Below are positions 60,207 to 64,000 of a stretch of 64,000 nt of DNA, in pieces. Source of the stretch: Rhynchopus sp. YZ270_cl-10 (Eukaryota); assembly GCA_964035575.1 (NCBI GenBank), contig OZ037841.1, positions 186,001-250,000 on the forward strand, given 5' to 3'. The notes below the pieces were generated by a model. It saw nothing but the letters and a program-made list of their open reading frames with translations. It ran no database searches and was not told the DNA's origin. How positions within the stretch are numbered: the first letter of the stretch is position 1; the number at the start of each line of letters is the position of its first letter. Made by a program: the position numbers and the translations under genes.

Positions 60207-63200
60207 CTAGACACCCTCCGCTTTGTTCTCAGCGGCAATAGGTTCCGTCTCTAAAGCAGGAGTCGCCCTGTTGTCCTTCTTGCACACCACAAACAATCCA
60301 AGCAAGACAATAAGCAGCAAAGCAACACCACCCACGCAGATCCCCACAATAGCGCCAACAGGGAAGTCGTCGTCCGTCTGCGGTGTCGGCGTCAGCAGGG
60401 TGCACACCCTCCCCAGCAGGACGTGCCCGGCAGCGCAGTTCAGCGGCACACACACACCGCCAAGAATCACCACAACTTCCGCACCCGTCACATCCCTGCA
60501 CTGCAGTGCGTCCATCGACGCAAGCCCAGCCGACTGCACTGTCCCCACCACGTCGTTCGCAGCAGACATCCCCGCCGTCAGCTCCTCCACCATGTCCAGT
60601 GCCGCCACATCCAGCAGCGGCACGTTGTCCATGTGCACAAACACGTTCAGCGACCCACACTCAGTCTCAGTCTCCGACACCGTCCCCTGCACAACGCTCT
60701 TCACCACCGACGCCAGGCGCCTCCCCTTCCCAGCCCCGTCGTCACAGTCCACGTCCAGTGTCGCACGCACCACATCCGACACACGTGTTGCGCTGTTCAC
60801 ACAGATGTGTGAAACATCCCCGTTCCGCTTGTTCCGTGGCTTGTCGAAACCAGTTCCGCATGTGCACTGGTTCTTGTCTGTGTCGCATGTGGCTCCCATG
60901 TCACCGTACTTCGTACACTCCTCATCAGACACACACCACTTCACTAACGAGGAACGTGGTGAGTCTGTTGCGGGTGCTGGTGTCACAGGTGCGGGTGTCG
61001 GAGGTGCGGGTGTCAAAGGTGCTGGTGTCACAGGGGCTGCTGTCGGAGGTGACGGTGTGGGAGGTGCATCAGTAGACGGTGCAAGTGTTGCTGGTGCTCC
61101 TGTTCCACTCATGCAGATGTAGTCAAAGTCAAGAGACCCGTTGCCAGTCACGTACCAACCAGAACGGAACTGCACAAGCACCGATCCTGCAAAGGTGTAG
61201 CTGGTGTCGTTCTTCTCACCAGACTCGTGGAAAGGGAAGCCAGTGATCTCGTCTCCCTCCATTTCGTACACATTCACGTAGTCTGTGCCAGCAGTTGTGT
61301 CGAACGTGTTGAACCTGATCCCAACCCTGCCACTGTGGCATGCAATCGACCAACACTCAGTTGACGATGTCTGTGTGCTCAAGGTACCACTCCCGTCTGG
61401 CAGCGACGTCGTGGTCGGGCAGGATGGTGTGAAGTTGAAGGCAGCAGGGTTGCTCATCGAGATCTGAGGTGCTGCCATGTTGCATCCCCACGAGTACTGG
61501 AAGCCTCCACACCCACCACGGTAGCAGTTTCTGCCCTGAGCAAGGAAGGACACGTTCCCGTCAGCTGTGAACCTTGTGGTTCCGAAGTGTGGGCCGTACG
61601 CAGTTGTGTAAAACACCTGTGCATCCTCGTTGTTCACAGAGAAGTTTCCAACGTAGAACAGCTGGTAGTTCATCTCAAGTGTTCCGTTGCAGGAAATGGT
61701 GTTCACCAGTGGTGTGTAGAAGTAGTCGTAGCCCAGGTAAGGTGTCACTGTGGCACTGTCAGGAGCTGAGTTGCTAGCATCATGAGTGGTGTGAACAGCA
61801 TCAATCTCAGGTGCATCCATCCCACAACCCCAAGAGAACTCCACAGAGCTGCTGCAGTCGCCACTCACACACGCATCCACAACTGCTGTCAGCTTCACAT
61901 CCCAGTATGCGTTGAACGTCACAGAGTTGTATTGTGCGTCTGTCCTCAGTGCCGTCGTTGTCCCGTTGTCCACCATAAACTTACCACCAAAGCTGGGGTT
62001 GTACGTGATCTGAAGTCTGCCAACACAGCTCAGGGTCCAGCACGTCTCGGCACCTGGAGAAAGCGAAGTGTCCAGAGACCCAGACAGCGCACTCAGGGTC
62101 GTGCATGGTCCAGCAGATGACGGTGTTGGTGTGATGGGTGTGATCGGAGGTGACGGTGTGGGAGGTGCCGTAGGTGCCCCATCCATGCAGACGTAGTCAA
62201 AGTCAAGAGACCCGTTGCCAGTCACGTACCAACCAGAACGGAACTGCACAAGCACCGATCCTGCAAAGGTGTAGCTGGTGTCGTTCTTCTCACCAGACTC
62301 GTGGAAAGGGAAGCCAGTGATCTCGTCTCCCTCCATTTCGTACACATTCACGAAGTCTGTGCCAGCAGTGGTGTCGAACGTGTTGAACCTGATCCCAACC
62401 CTGCCACCTTCACATGCAATCGACCAACACTCGGTTGATGATGTCTGTGTGCTCAAGGTGCCTGAGCTGGGCAGTGACGTCGTGGTCGGGCAGGATGGTG
62501 TGAAGTTGAAGGGAGCAGGGTTGAGATACGAAAGCTGAGGAGCTGCCATGTTGCATCCCCACGAGTACTGGACACCTCCACACCCACCACGGTAGCAGTT
62601 TCTGCCCTGAGCAAAGATGGTCACGTTCCCGTCAGCTGTGAACCTTGTGGTTCCGAAATGTGGAGCATAAGCGTTGGTGTGCAACATTTCCTCGTCACCA
62701 CTATTGATCCAGAAGTATCCAACGTAGAACATCCGGTAGTTCATCTCAAGTGTTCCGTTGCAGGAAATGGTGTTCTCCAGTGGCACGTTGAAGTAACTGT
62801 AGCCCAGGTTAGGTGTCACGATGCCACTGTCAGGAGCAGAGTTGTTGTCGTAAGTGGCGTTAGCAGCATCAATCTCAGGTGCATCCATCCCACAACCCCA
62901 AGAGAACTCCACAGAGCTGCTGCAGTCGCCACTCACACACGCATCCACAGCTGCTGTCAGCTTCACATCCCAGTATGCGTTGAACGTCACAGAGTTGTAA
63001 TGTGCGTCTGTCCTCAGTGCAGTTGTTGTCCCGTTCTCAACCACAAACTTACCAACAAAGCTGGGGTTGTACGTGATCTGAAGTCTGCCAACACAGCTCA
63101 GGGTCCAGCACGTCTCAGCACCTGATGGCAGTGAGGTGTTGTCCACAGTCCCAGACAGTGCACTCAGGGTCGTGCATGGTCCAGCAGATGACGGTGTTGG

Positions 63201-64000
63201 TGTGATGGGTGTGATCGGAGGTGACGGTGTGGGAGGTGCCGTAGGTGCCCCATCCATGCAGACGTAGTCAAAGTCAAGAGACTCGTTGCCAGTCACGTAC
63301 CAACCAGAACGGAACTGCACAAGCACCGATCCTGCAAAGGTGTAGCTGGTGTCGTTCTTCTCACCAGACTCGTGGAAAGGGAAGCCAGTGATCTCGTCTC
63401 CCTCCATTTCGTACACATTCACGTAGTCTGTGCCAGCAGTGGTGTCGAACGTGTTGAACCTGATCCCAACCCTGCCACCTTCACATGCAATCGACCAACA
63501 CTCGGTTGACGATGTCTGTGTGCTCAAGGTGCCTGAGGTGGGCAGTGACGTCGTGGTCGGGCAGGATGGTGTGAAGTTGAAGGCAGCAGGGTTGCTCATC
63601 GATATCTGAGGTGCTGCCATGTTGCATCCCCACGAGTACTGGACACCTCCACACCCACCACGGTAGCAGTTTCTGCCCTGAGCAAGGAAGGACACGTTCC
63701 CGTCAGCTGTGAACCGTGTGGTTCCGAAGTGTGGGCCGTACGCAGTTGTGTAAAACACCTGTGCATCCTCGTTGTTCACAGAGAAGTTTCCAACGTAGAA
63801 CAGCTGGTAGTTCATCTCAAGTGTTCCGTTGCAGGAAATGGTGTTCACCAGTGGTGTGTCGTAGTAAATGTAGCCCAGGTTAGGTGTCACTGTGGCACTG
63901 TCAGGAGCAGAGCTGTTGTCGTAAGTGGCGTTAGCAGCAACAATCTCAGGTGCATCCATCCCACAACCCCAAGAGAACTCCACAGAGCTGCTGCAGTCGC
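60207..64000 (-). CDS. Large type-I surface protein with ~357-aa tandem repeats containing CUB-like modules, a TxAP mucin-like stalk, an EGF-like Cys domain and a C-terminal TM; 5' end outside the window
   Basis: ECWSIAC..VGIRFNTFDT..DYVNVYE..SG..VLVQFRSG CUB-like signature x3; DNA period ~1,070 bp; TPAP/TDAP repeats; CVSDEEC..ATCD..CTCGTGF; TM GAIVGICVGGVALLLIVLLGLFVVC-KK. Confidence 0.85.
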   Translation of the reverse strand, partial: DCSSSVEFSWGCGMDAPEIVAANATYDNSSAPDSATVTPNLGYIYYDTPLVNTISCNGTLEMNYQLFYVGNFSVNNEDAQVFYTTAYGPHFGTTRFTADGNVSFLAQGRNCYRGGCGGVQYSWGCNMAAPQISMSNPAAFNFTPSCPTTTSLPTSGTLSTQTSSTECWSIACEGGRVGIRFNTFDTTAGTDYVNVYEMEGDEITGFPFHESGEKNDTSYTFAGSVLVQFRSGWYVTGNESLDFDYVCMDGAPTAPPTPSPPITPITPTPSSAGPCTTLSALSGTVDNTSLPSGAETCWTLSCVGRLQITYNPSFVGKFVVENGTTTALRTDAHYNSVTFNAYWDVKLTAAVDACVSGDCSSSVEFSWGCGMDAPEIDAANATYDNNSAPDSGIVTPNLGYSYFNVPLENTISCNGTLEMNYRMFYVGYFWINSGDEEMLHTNAYAPHFGTTRFTADGNVTIFAQGRNCYRGGCGGVQYSWGCNMAAPQLSYLNPAPFNFTPSCPTTTSLPSSGTLSTQTSSTECWSIACEGGRVGIRFNTFDTTAGTDFVNVYEMEGDEITGFPFHESGEKNDTSYTFAGSVLVQFRSGWYVTGNGSLDFDYVCMDGAPTAPPTPSPPITPITPTPSSAGPCTTLSALSGSLDTSLSPGAETCWTLSCVGRLQITYNPSFGGKFMVDNGTTTALRTDAQYNSVTFNAYWDVKLTAVVDACVSGDCSSSVEFSWGCGMDAPEIDAVHTTHDASNSAPDSATVTPYLGYDYFYTPLVNTISCNGTLEMNYQLFYVGNFSVNNEDAQVFYTTAYGPHFGTTRFTADGNVSFLAQGRNCYRGGCGGFQYSWGCNMAAPQISMSNPAAFNFTPSCPTTTSLPDGSGTLSTQTSSTECWSIACHSGRVGIRFNTFDTTAGTDYVNVYEMEGDEITGFPFHESGEKNDTSYTFAGSVLVQFRSGWYVTGNGSLDFDYICMSGTGAPATLAPSTDAPPTPSPPTAAPVTPAPLTPAPPTPAPVTPAPATDSPRSSLVKWCVSDEECTKYGDMGATCDTDKNQCTCGTGFDKPRNKRNGDVSHICVNSATRVSDVVRATLDVDCDDGAGKGRRLASVVKSVVQGTVSETETECGSLNVFVHMDNVPLLDVAALDMVEELTAGMSAANDVVGTVQSAGLASMDALQCRDVTGAEVVVILGGVCVPLNCAAGHVLLGRVCTLLTPTPQTDDDFPVGAIVGICVGGVALLLIVLLGLFVVCKKDNRATPALETEPIAAENKAEGV

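Overview
Eukaryotic genomic DNA with short GT-AG introns. All host genes lie on one strand and one encodes a TxAP-repeat surface protein, which suggests a euglenozoan, possibly a diplonemid (inference). Bases 1-26.3 kb are a rolling-circle transposon (Helitron-like) cluster. It holds a near-complete ~10.7-kb unit with a spliced C2H2-finger accessory gene and a ZnF-Rep(HUH/Y2)-PIF1 helicase gene that, after one frameshift and three introns, continues into an OTU protease domain. A near-identical head-to-tail copy follows with a 5,976-bp internal deletion. Three copies of a ~2-kb minus-strand cassette come next. Each carries an internally trimmed Rep remnant (HUH motif mutated in the copy where it is visible) and a ~157-aa protein resembling a Crypton-type tyrosine-recombinase catalytic domain without its catalytic residues. 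The cassettes are separated by telomere-like (AAACCCGC)n/(AGACCCGC)n and (ATGATTTGCC)n arrays. After a 200-N gap, ten host genes lie on the minus strand: Hsp110, IQ-motif protein, PH-like protein, MIT-like protein, CNOT9/Rcd1, ubiquitin-like protein, DOMON protein, TVP15-like, claudin/amastin-like and a CUB-like repeat surface protein. Several TIR elements with clear TSDs lie among them: a piggyBac derivative with a nested TA MITE, a hAT MITE and an intronic 5-bp-TSD element. All domain calls come from reading motifs by eye; no database searches were run.
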